A stretch of DNA of 64,000 nt, taken from positions 17,486,001-17,550,000 of the forward strand of contig NW_024704743.1 in assembly GCF_018977255.1 (NCBI RefSeq), in the 5' to 3' direction. The translations under genes and the position numbers were made by a program. The notes below the pieces were generated by a model. It was given only the letters and a program-made list of their open reading frames with translations, made no database searches and was not told where the DNA came from. Positions 53,395 through 64,000 of the stretch are shown here, piece after piece. Source of the DNA: Callorhinchus milii. Taxonomy: Eukaryota. Position 1 is the stretch's first letter. The number at the start of each line of letters is the position of its first letter.

Positions 53395-54590
53395 AATAAT
53401 CATAGAATTATACAGCACAGAAGGAGGCCATTCGGCCCATCGTGCCTGTGTCGACTCTTTGAAAAGAGCTATCCAATTCAATCCCACACCCCGTGCTCTC
53501 CCCATAGCCCGGCAAACTTGTTCTCCCAAAATAATTATCTACTTCTCTCTTAAAAGTTGTTATCGAATTGGCTTCCACCCCCTTTCAGGCAATGCATTCC
53601 AGATCTGAACAACTCTCCGTGTGAAATAATTTCTCCTCACCTCCCCTGTTTCTTTCAACAACTATTTAAATCAGTGTCCTTGGGTTACCAACCTACCGGT
53701 GGAAATAATTTCTCCTTGTTCATCCTATCAAATCCCCTCATAATTTTGAAAACTTCTATTGAGTCTCCTCTTAACCCTCTCTTCTCCAAAGAGAATAATC
53801 CTAGCTTCTCTAGTCTCTCCTGATAGCTGAAGTCCCTCATTCCCGGTATCATCCTGGAAATCTCCTTTACTCCTAAATCTCCTAAAGATTCTTCATAATT
53901 TCCTGACTTTTATATTCTATGTTCCTATTTATAAAGCCTAGTATCCCATAAGCTTTTTTATTAAAAAAAACAGCTTTATCTACCTGTCCTGCCATCTTCA
54001 AAGATTTACTTATATGACCCCCAGATCTCTCTGTTCCTTCACCCCCTTTAAGATTGTACCATCGGCTTATATTGCCTCTCCTCATTCTTCCTCCAAAATG
54101 CATCACTTTGCATTTCTCCACATTAAACTTCATCTGCCACCTGTCTGCCCATTTTACCAGTCTGTCTATGTTCATTTACAGTCTGCTACCATCCTCCTCA
54201 CTGTTTACTACTTTTCCTAGCTTAGAATCATCTGCAAACTTGGAAATTGTACTCCCTATACCCACATCCAGGTCATTTATATAGATCAAAAACAGCAGTT
54301 GTCCCAATACTGACCCGTAGGGGACATCACTGCACACTTCCCTCCAGTCAGAAAAACAACTGTTCACCACCACTCTCTGCTTTCTGTCTCCCAGCCAGTT
54401 CGGTATCTATGCTGCCACTGTCCCTTTAATACCATGAGCTTCCATTTTGCTTAGAAGTCTCTTATGTGGCACTTTATCAAACGCCTTTTTGAAAATCCAT
54501 ATAAACAACATCAACTGCACTACCTTCAACCACCCTCTCCGTTACTTCATCAAAAAACTCTATCAGGTTTGTTAGACATGATTTGATTTG
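53395..54590 (-). mobile_element. CR1 LINE 3' fragment, same subfamily as 32648-33719
   Basis: ISKFADDSKLG and WADRWQMKFNVEKCKVMHFG. Long near-identical stretches shared with the 32.6 kb copy. Confidence 0.93.
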
Positions 54591-55500
54591 ATACCTAGAC
54601 TATATGAGGCAACTCTCCACATGGGTATCATTGAAATCAAGAAGTTACTGTGTGGTGAATGAAGCAAGACCCTGTTCAGAAGTGCTGCCTTTGTCAAAAA
54701 CGTAAGCAAGCACTGGCTAAGCACGAACACTATAACCCACTAAAGGCCTAAACATTATTTGGCTGGTAGAGTAATCAATATAATTTGGAGAATATTTTTG
54801 CCACTATGCAAACTTACTCCTGAAATTAAATAAGCATATTTTAAAACTGTTCAAACGTCAAATATACCTAATTAATAGTTATCTCCCCAACTTCAATGTT
54901 TTTAAAGCAGGGAATGCTGTGCATTTTACAGCAGAATTATAAGACACATGGAAATACCAAAGCGGGTACAAATACTTTAAACGCAATCAGTGGAAGCTTA
55001 TGTAGTGGAAATGGCCCTTGAAGTCTTAGAAACAATAAATGGCTAACTGCATATCTTATCAGCAGCCAATGTTGGTAACTAATTATGACAACCCACTACA
55101 AATTCTAAGAAAACAGTTTGTAATAAGTAAATAATGCAGCAGACATAAAACTGACCTTTGAAATAGTTTGAAATGTCAAAATAGGGCTATTCTAAAACCT
55201 TGAGAAAGGAGGTATGATATAAATCTGAAAATAAATTATTTCTAACACATTGGCACAGTTGTTTGAAAGTGAGGGAACATACACACAAGCCCATCAAATC
55301 TGAGCAGAATTGCAACATCTTCACTGCAATGGTCCATTTGTTAAGAAAAATTCTAGGGCTATACATTAAAAGCCTACTACAAACATCTTGTCCATGGAAT
55401 CTTTAACTAAATTAATTCAAATGTGGTTTCCAGCATTTTGGACCTGTGGAATAAATCTGATTGCATCTCTGATTTTGTAATCTGAAAGCAGCCCCAGGCC

Positions 55501-55829
55501 CATTTGCAAGGGCAGCAGATCCACAAAAAAATGACAGCTTCTGTAGCCAGCTATCCACTGGTACCACCAACCACCTCACCTAAGGCAGCGCCCACTATTA
55601 ATGAGTAAGAGCAGGGGCAAGCTGTCTCCTTCTACCTCAACAAGCAACACTGTCAGCCTTCAGTTGTGCCAGAAGAGCATCATCAAGGAATAGCAGCTTT
55701 GTTGAGGTAGAAGGAGACAGCTTGCCCCCTGCTCTTACGCACTGCCTTAGATGAGGTAGTTGGTGGTACCAGTGGGTAGCTGATTACAGAAGCCTCCATC
55801 TTGTTTATGGATCTGCTGCCCTTCAAATG
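55501..55829. repeat. Long inverted repeat, MITE-like foldback
   Basis: Arms at about 55501-55643 and 55699-55829 are complementary along most of their length. Confidence 0.85.
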
Positions 55830-56496
55830 AATGCATTAGCACCTTTTACTTTGGCCAAGATAATGGCTTTGATGTGGTCGAGAAGGAACAACACCACTTT
55901 GGGCCCCTAGGAGTTGAAAAGGATATTAAATGGAGCTAGAAAGAGCTCCATTTAATATAAGCATTACTAAAGCTTGAACATAAGGAGCCATGCTTCTATA
56001 TATTATTTCTTGCTGTGTTTTGCTGATTTTTTTTAAACAATAGATATAATTGTCCATGAACTTATTTACTACATTTACTTTGCTGTGTAGTGACAAAGGA
56101 GTTGCTGATTTGATGACTTTTGTGCACTGAGACAATTCTACCACCAATCAGTACTATCTTAATTTACTCAAACTGAATATTTTTTGACCTACAATATTAT
56201 GATGTCTTGTCATACGTTAATCCTGCACTATTAATTAGGTAGTGGCTTTATTAATAAAGGTCAGATCACCCCTAGAGAACATTAATAGTTGACGTCACAA
56301 CATTTACTTTAAGAATCAATCCAATTAAAGCTCATTGAAGAGCAGACAACTATCTTTCTATTTACAGCTTTAGTAACTTTTCACCATTCATTCCGCAGAT
56401 GTCAACAGGTGTGGAGGGGCTGCATGAAGGACAAGAAGGCACCAGAGTGTCAATTCATTGCCTTACAGTACATGTCATTAACATAATATACAGTAA

Positions 56497-56810
56497 AAGT
56501 CCTTGCATTTGATATAGCGCCTTATCCCGTGGTTAAGACATCTCAAACCACTTCACAGAATATACTGTAAACTGAATTGACTATTTTGTGGGCAGCCAAT
56601 CGCGCACAGCAGTGTCCCACAAACAATCGTGGATTGAGTGACCAATTTTTTTTTGAGGGATAGCAATCCGCCAATCGACTAACAAACAGGTTCCGACTTA
56701 CTGTTAGGTAAACAGAGGGGTGTGGAGTAAGGAAACTTACCTAAGGTTTTGTATCACCAGGTAATTAAACCCAGGTCCTCTCACTTGCAAAGTGAGCGCA
56801 CTAACCACTA
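56497..56810 (-). mobile_element. SINE, long subfamily
   Basis: Head-to-tail homology. Confidence 0.85.
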
Positions 56811-56889
56811 CATATTAATTTCCAGGTGAACTCGACGAATGGTTTCCAGTCTTCCGTGGCCACCTTCTCTTTTGTAAATGCTATTACTG

Positions 56890-57410
56890 GGCAGATTGTT
56901 GAGCTGTACTCTCGCACACCAGGCTCCACGACCCCATCACTCCCACCCTCGCCTGACTCCACTGACTCCCCACTCCCCCCGGAGGATCAATTTCAAGATC
57001 CTTGTCCTCACTTTCAAGGCCATCCATGGTCTTGCCCCTTACTACCTCTCTGACCTGCTGACTCCCTACCAACATGCCCGCTTCCTCCATTCAGCGGGCT
57101 CCGGTCTGCTCAATGTCGCCTGCCCTACCATTGGTGGCCAGGCTTTCAGCCACTCTGCCCCCACACTCTGGAATTCCATCCCACGGTCCCTTCGCCTCGC
57201 TTCCTCCCTCGCCTCCTTCAAAGCCGGTCTCAAGATCCTTCTCTTCGATCATGCCTTTGGTCGCCCTTCCACCTCTCTACCTTCCCTCACCCCTACACTA
57301 CCCCTCTCCCATACTTGGGCCTTGACACCTGACTGTTCAGCACTTTGGGACGTCCTCCCGACGTGAAAGGTGCTCTATAAATGTAATTATGTTGTTGTTG
57401 CTGCTGCTGT
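56890..57410 (+). mobile_element. L2 3' fragment
   Basis: RINFKILVLTFKAIHGLAPYYLSDLL...APTLWNSIP plus L2 tail. Confidence 0.9.
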
Positions 57411-58072
57411 CCAAATATCCTGGATATCGGGACTCCATGCAATGACTGGTTTAGGCCATTGCTGGTTCCTATATTCTGCAAATATTATGAATGGAATTTG
57501 ACAGCACCCAGGGCTAAGATTTTTTAAAAATTGCATTACTCTCACAGTGTTTCGTTACCTGGCATCCCACCATGGAAAAAAGGCACAACCTTGATCTTGT
57601 TCAGCACATGGAATCCTACTGCCAGTAGGTCAGGAATCAGACCTACTCAATTTACTTGATTATTAATAATTATTATAATTTTACAAATGATGACTAATAA
57701 TTATAACGAATATGATTCCATGCCATATTACAATGGTGAGATGTTTCAAAGTGATTTTCAAAATTTACTGTAAAGTGTAGCGAATGTGTATTGTGTAGGC
57801 AAATGAGGCAGCAAATTTGTGCAGCTTCCTACAAACAAATAGCCATGAAGTGAACAACCAATTTTATGTGGGGGATTCTTGGCCAGGACACTGGGAGAAA
57901 CTCCCATCTCCTTTCCAATAGTGCCATAGGATCTTTAACGTCCACCTGAAGATAGACAGACCCTAGGTTTTTGGTACTATTTCAAGGAGAAACTGGATGT
58001 CAAAATGAGCAGGAACAAAAATAAGAGAGATTTGTACAAGTTTAGAAACATGCACAGTGAGATTCAACTTAC

Positions 58073-58197
58073 CTCGAGCTACAGCTCCTGCTATCAGCGG
58101 GATATAGATGCCATTGTAACCCAGTTTATGCTTTATAAAAACCCGTAATTGATCATAAGTAGTAAAATAAATAACTGTAGCAGGTACAGCCATTATT
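58073..58197 (-). CDS. SLC25A40: SLC25A40 coding exon
   Basis: ttcag|...|gtaagt. IMAVPATVIYFTTYDQLRVFIKHKLGYNGIYIPLIAGAVAR. 125 nt. Confidence 0.93.
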
Positions 58198-58239
58198 CTG
58201 AAAATAAAAAAACACAATTAAAAATGAAGAACTGTATAT

Positions 58240-59520
58240 AAAAAAATCACACTATTCACATCAGGAGGATATTTCAAATGACTTCATACAACTGTGAGCT
58301 CAAGCTGGTGCAAGAGTGCATTGGGGTGGGGGAAAGGGACACGCGGATGAGAGTAAGGTCAAACATTCGGCCTAAAGTTGAGTTTTCCAGATGGACAGAG
58401 GGGTCAAGGCAGAGGGAATTCCAAAGAGCAAGGCAGAATGGTTGAAGGCATGACCAATAATGGTGGGGCGGAGAATGTGAAACAGACTGGTGATTGCAAA
58501 GCGAGAAGGCAGCGGTTGGGGCGGCAGGGCTGCAGGAAGCCGCAGACATTGGCTAGGGAGAAGCCATCCAGACATTTCAAAATGAGGAGGAAAATCTTGA
58601 ATCTGATCTGTGAGGGGACAGGGGTCAAATGAGGATGGGGCTGAACCTAAGAGGTGATAAAAGCATTGAGGATCTCAGCAGCCTTGGGTGAGAGATAGAA
58701 ATGGAGGAGAGTGGTGTTGTAGAGGGAAAGCAGAGCTAGTGAAAGCCTGGATGTAATGTATAAAGGATAGCCGGAGTCAAAGAAGACACTGAGGCTCAAT
58801 GAAATAGAATGATCACCCGTGTAGGTTGATGTGGTCAGTGCCTAAGGTAAGAACCCACTGACTGGAGCCAGCAGGAGAGTCTTAGTCTTAGCCACATTGA
58901 GCTGCAGAAAGATAAAACTCACACAGATGTCTGACAGGCAACCTGTCAGAACAGTGGCCCTGGAATCAAACGAACAAGCAGAGAGATAGTTTGGATGGAT
59001 GTCATCCACAAACATGTGAAAGTGGACTCCATGCTTATGTTTGATGTCACCAAGGTGGAGCATATAGATGGTGAAGAAAGGAGGGCCAAGTAAGAGCCCT
59101 GAGGAATGACACATGACTGAGCTGTGGCAGGAGGAAAGAAGCCATCTGAGGAGACAAAGTGAAGACACCGGGATGGTAATAGTGAAACCAGGAACAGACA
59201 TAGACATGAAAGTGGAGCAGGATGGAAAGAAGGTGAAGAATGATGGAATGGATGATCGATAAGGACAAGGATCCCTGGTTGCAGATGGGGAGAATGTTGT
59301 TGGTGAAATTGACTAGGGCAGTCTTTGTGCTATAGGGAAGACTGAAAACCAGATTGGAAGAACTAAAAGAGTGAGTTGTGGTAGAGGAAGAAATAAAGCC
59401 GAGTCATCTCAGCTATCAGCACCTTGAAAAGGATGTTAGAAATTGGGTGGTATCTGGAGAGCATAGAGGGTCCGGTAAGAGTTTCTTGAGGAGGGGATAA
59501 CGAATGTAGGTTTGAGAGGA
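58240..59520 (-). mobile_element. Older L2 fragment (RT to 3' end)
   Basis: Minus-strand peptides LGPPFFTIYMLHLGDI...FHMFVDD and QIRFKIFLLILKCL. Degenerate tail near 58250. Confidence 0.85.
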
Positions 59521-59769
59521 AATAACATCAATAAAACACATTTAAATAAATTCAGGCAATAGATTCCTTTATAAAAAAAGCTAATAAAAGGCTTGTCTTT
59601 GTTTGATTCATGTTTAAAAATTAATTTACTCTATATGTTACACCATTTACCTATGAACTAAACTGTATAATTTTTTTGAATAGACTTTTTTTCTACCCAT
59701 CAATTTCTGCAATTAATTATGAAAACCTAAAAGGAATGGTCACAATTACCTGCAATTGAAGTCCTTATC

Positions 59770-60200
59770 CCCAGCAGGTTCCACAAGCCCTTATCCACAC
59801 TCAACTCCACTTTCCAAACCCTAGCAGATTTGATTCAAGATTCTCGTCCCCACTTTTAAATGTCTCTATGGCCTTGCCCCACCTTGCAATTCTACTGCCT
59901 TGGCCACTCCGCTCATCAAACACTGGCTTGCCTTTACATCCCCGAACCGCTCCACCCACTATTTGTCGGTGGGCCTTCAATTATCTGTTCTCTGGAACTC
60001 TACCCGGGGTCCTTCTGCCTTGCTCCTTCCCTCTCTGCCTTGAAACCCCATCTTACAACCAATTTTTTGGACCATCTATCAGCCATCATTCCCCTCTTCT
60101 GTTTAGCTTCCCCATGCCCTAGCTTGGGCTCCCAGTGAAGCCCTTTGAGATGTCCTTCTGATGTGAAAGGAGTTGTATAAAGATAAATTATTGTTCTTGT
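59770..60200 (+). mobile_element. L2 3' fragment
   Basis: Homologous to other L2 3' ends in the window; tail tgagatgtccttctgatgtgaaagg. Confidence 0.8.
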
Positions 60201-60499
60201 ATTATTCACATCATTAATTTCAAAACAGTCCTGTCAAAAACATGGGAGCAGGTCACCTTCTGCCAGAGTAGAAGGAATGGGCAAGATGGAGGATACGACC
60301 AAAAATTAGCTCCTATTCAATCTTTGGCTAATTTGCATTCATTTGTTCTTTTGAAACTGACCTCAGTGCCCCAAATTGATGCGTCTCAATTAGCCTCGCT
60401 TATATCGTGAAGAGTTTAGGAAATAAAACATGATTTTAATTGCAGTTTTGAAGTTCAGATCTATAATTCCCTACCCTTATAAACATTAATTAAACTTAC

Positions 60500-60567
60500 A
60501 GAGTTGGTGGCAGTCCACTCCAGAGTGATTTTATACCCTCAAAACGAATAATTTGGAAGAGTGCATC
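60500..60567 (-). CDS. SLC25A40: SLC25A40 coding exon, first one found in window
   Basis: ttgcag|...|gtaagt on minus. DALFQIIRFEGIKSLWSGLPPTL. 68 nt. Confidence 0.92.
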
Positions 60568-61619
60568 CTGCAAGACAATAACATTTTTTTCACATAAATT
60601 CATTCTTCGTGAATAAAGAACATTACAAATAGGAAAAATGCAATACAATATCAATTTATATAGTGCCTTTCATGTTGGGAGGATGTCTCAAAGCTCTTGA
60701 TAAGGTTGGCTAAGCACCTGATCTAGGGTTGATATGACCAAAAGTACAGCCAAAGAGGTACAAAAGGAACATTCTGAGATAGATATTTGTAATGTGCTTA
60801 ATAAAATTTGTTTTAGCAAAAATAAATCTGGTACATTGTGAAATCAATTCAACAGGACATTCACAACACTTTTGTCTGCCATGGGCCTATGGTCACCCCA
60901 CCCCCAGCATCTAATTCTGCCACAATGCAGAGCTTCGAGACCCTATCCAGCATGAGCTACGCTATATAACTGGAAGTTGTTGAACCTTAAACAATCTTTA
61001 CATTAAAAAATCTTGCATTTCATATAGACCCCTTCCGCTAAGAAAACATCTTAAAGTACTTCAAATGATATCCTGTAAACTGTATTTTGTAGATGAATGC
61101 AGCAGATTTTGACATTAATGGAAACGTGGGCCTCTGCAAGTATTTTTGACATGAAGTGACCAAGACATCCAAAGACAACTTAAAACATGCCTTATTCTAC
61201 TCAGGAAAGAGTCTGAACTTATAACCAAACCTTATGTCCTGCTGCTATCGCCTTGATAATAATACTTGCATTAGATATAGCGCTTTTCACATCTAGACAT
61301 CTCAAAGCGCTTCACAGAATATACTGTAAAGTGAATTGACTGTATATTTGTGGGGAAAATGCATAAAATGTAATAAACTTAAATTTAAACAAAATTTGAT
61401 AAATTTAATAAATGAATAAACAAAAATTTACTTTCAAATACAGTCACTTCACTTTACAGTAAATTCTGCAGGGCGCTTTGAAACTATCTGACAACAACAA
61501 CATTACATTTATAGAGCACCTTTCACGTCGGGAGGATGTCCCAAGGCGCTGGACAATGTAATATGGCACTATATCAGTGCAAGATGATTATCATTATTGT
61601 TTTATAGTTGACAAATATT

Positions 61620-63930
61620 CTACATTTACGCTCCTCCACAACACTCTCTCCACCACACTCAATGCCCTTGCCCCCATCAGCTCCCGAACTGCCTCCTATT
61701 CCCGATCCTCACTCTGGTTCACCAGTCACCTCCGCTCACTCAAGGGCCAGGTGCGGTCTGCCAAATGCACTTGGCTCAAATCGGGCCTAACGGTCCACCG
61801 GCACACCTGGCTGGACCACATCAAAACCTACCGCTTCACTCTCGCCTCGGCCAAATCAACAACAACAACAACAAGATTCCATTTATAAAGCGCCTTTCAC
61901 GTCAGGAGGACGTCCCAAGGCGCTGCACAGTTGGGTCATGACCCGAGCAGGGGGGAAATGGTCAGGGTGAGGGAAGGGAGGGAGCAAGGAGGGGGGAAAT
62001 GGTCAGGGTGAGGAGAGGGAAGGGAGGGAGCGAGGAGGGGGAAGAGGAGGAGAAATCATTCGTCTCGGGGAAATCATTCGGGGAAATCATTCGTCTCCTC
62101 CAGGTTAATCCTGGAGGTGCAAGGGCAACCCGAGGCTCCTGTTCTCTACCACCAACAGGCTTCTCCGCCCTCCCCGCCATGCCTTGCAGATTCCTTCCTC
62201 CGACTCCCACTGCGAGGAAATGCTGTACTTCCTTGAGTCCAAAATCGAGGGAATCCGCTCAGTTGCCACTGCCCTCCCAACTTCCACCTACACCCTCCCA
62301 CCCCACTACCCATCCCTCCTTCCACACCTTTGAACCTGTCACCCCTCCACTATCATCACCACCATATCCTCCATGAAGCCCACCACCTGTTCCCTGGACC
62401 CCATCCCCATCCTTAAATCCCACCTCCTTGCCCCACTACTCACCGATATCATCAACCTCTCTCTGTCATCTGGTACTGTTCCTTCCCCCCTCAAAAAAGC
62501 CACTATCACCCCCACCTTGAAGAAACCTTCCCATGACCCATCACAGCTATCCAGCTACCGGCCCATCTCCAACCTTTTTCTGTCCAAGGTCCTGGAGAGC
62601 TATTGCCTCCCAGGTTTGCTCTTTCCTCTCCTCCTATTCCCTCCATGAGCCCCTCCAATCGGGTTTCCCTCTGGTCAAGGTCACAAATGATATCCTGACC
62701 ATGTGTGATCAGGGCTCCCTCTGCCTCCTCATCCTCTCCTCTGCTTTTGACACTGTGGAACATTCAATTCTCCTCCACTGCCTCTCATCCTACCTCAATT
62801 TTCAAGGTTCTGTCCTTGACTGGTTCAGGTCCTACCTCTCACACCGCTTTCACTTTGTCTCAACAAACGGCTTCTCCTCCAGCCCCTCATGCAGCGTTCC
62901 TCAGGGCTGTCCTCGGTGCCCTCCTCTTCACCCTCTACATGCTCACCCATGATGACATCATCTGCAGACATGGGGTAAATTTCCACATGTATGCGAATAA
63001 CACCCAACTCTATCTCTCTGCCTCCACCCTCAACTCCAGGACTACTGGCATCCTGACCGACTGCCTGTTCGACATCAAGTCCTGAACCAGGGACAACTTT
63101 CTCCAGCTGAATGTCACCAAGACCGAGGCCCTCCTGATTGGCTCGCGCCAGTGTCTCCGCACCTCGGGCGCTGGCAGCATCAGAATCCACGGCTGCACAC
63201 TCAACCTCACTAAGCCAGTCAGGAACCTGGGTGTCTTGCTTGACCCTGAACTGTCCTTTCTTCCCCTCACATCCGCACCATGACCGACACTGCCTACCAC
63301 CACCTCCGCAACATTGCCAGACTCCGCCATTGCCTCACCCCTCAGGCTGACGAAACCTTTACCGAAGCATTCTTCACATCAAGGCTCGATTATGGAAATT
63401 CCCTCCTCATCGGCCTTCCCAACTCTTCCCTTTGCAGGCTGCAGATCATCCAAAACTCTGCAGCTCGTGTACTCTCACACACCAGACTCCGTGACCCATC
63501 ACTCCCACCCGTGCCCCACTGGCTCCCCATCACTCAGAGGATTGAATTCAAGATTCCTCATCCTCACTTTCAAGGCCATCCATGGCCTTGCCCCCTCCTA
63601 CCTCTCTCACCTGCTGACTCCCTACCAACCTGCCTGCTCCCTCCATTTAGCAGGCTCAGGCCAGCTCCATGTCGGCCGTCCATTGGTGGCCAAGCTTTCA
63701 GCCTCTCTGCCCCCACACTCTGGAACTCCATCCTACAGTCCCTTTGCCTCACTTCCTCTCTTGCCTCCTTCAAGACTGGTCTTAAGGCCCTCCTCTTCGA
63801 TCGTGCCTTCGGTCGCCCTCCCACCTCTCAGCCTTCCCTCACCCCATGCTCTGGCCCTGACCGCTGCCTGTCCAGCGCCTTGGGACGTCCACCTGACGTG
63901 AAAGGCGCTCTATAAATGTAATTTTGTTGT
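61620..63930 (+). mobile_element. Long 5'-truncated L2 with frameshifted RT
   Basis: Peptides MKPTTCSLDPIP, YRPISNL, SAFDTVEHSILL, FHMYANNTQLY (decayed YADD) and SRLDYGNSLL. Ends in gggacgtccacctgacgtgaaaggcgct...(TTG)n. Confidence 0.93.
61858..62052 (-). mobile_element. L2 3' end nested antisense inside the long L2
   Basis: (CAA)n plus the reverse-complement L2 tail interrupts the host L2. AAATCA occurs on both sides. Confidence 0.8.
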
Positions 63931-64000
63931 TTATTCATGAAATGTCTATTCACCTCACACTTTAATAAGCAATCATTTTTATGGATATTCTTCTTCTGTG

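Noticed and set aside
63280..63915. 211-aa and 195-aa ORFs as a host gene
   Set aside because: Frameshifted C-terminus of L2 ORF2.

Overview
Vertebrate genomic DNA, most likely a cartilaginous fish (chimaera or shark), judged from the repeat landscape: tRNA-head Deu-type SINEs with L2 tails, CR1, L2 and Penelope-derived foldbacks. Two intron-rich genes face each other tail-to-tail. RUNDC3B is on the + strand (9 coding exons at 17204-37694; I did not find its first coding exons in the window). The mitochondrial carrier SLC25A40 is on the - strand (7 coding exons at 60567-44957; its 5' exons appear to lie right of the window). All exon phases join into open frames. Most ORFs in the supplied track are repeat-derived or spurious. 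Main observations: (1) an L2 tail insertion that duplicated a SLC25A40 splice acceptor; (2) two Penelope-type foldbacks carrying minimal hammerhead ribozyme cores; (3) a ZNF143-like motif cluster with divergent splice donors beside a decayed Myb/SANT-like frame; (4) candidate in-frame RUNDC3B microexons; (5) covarying SINE/L2 3' stem-loops; (6) several locally templated duplications. Gene and repeat names come from recall of known sequences, not database searches, and repeat boundaries are approximate.
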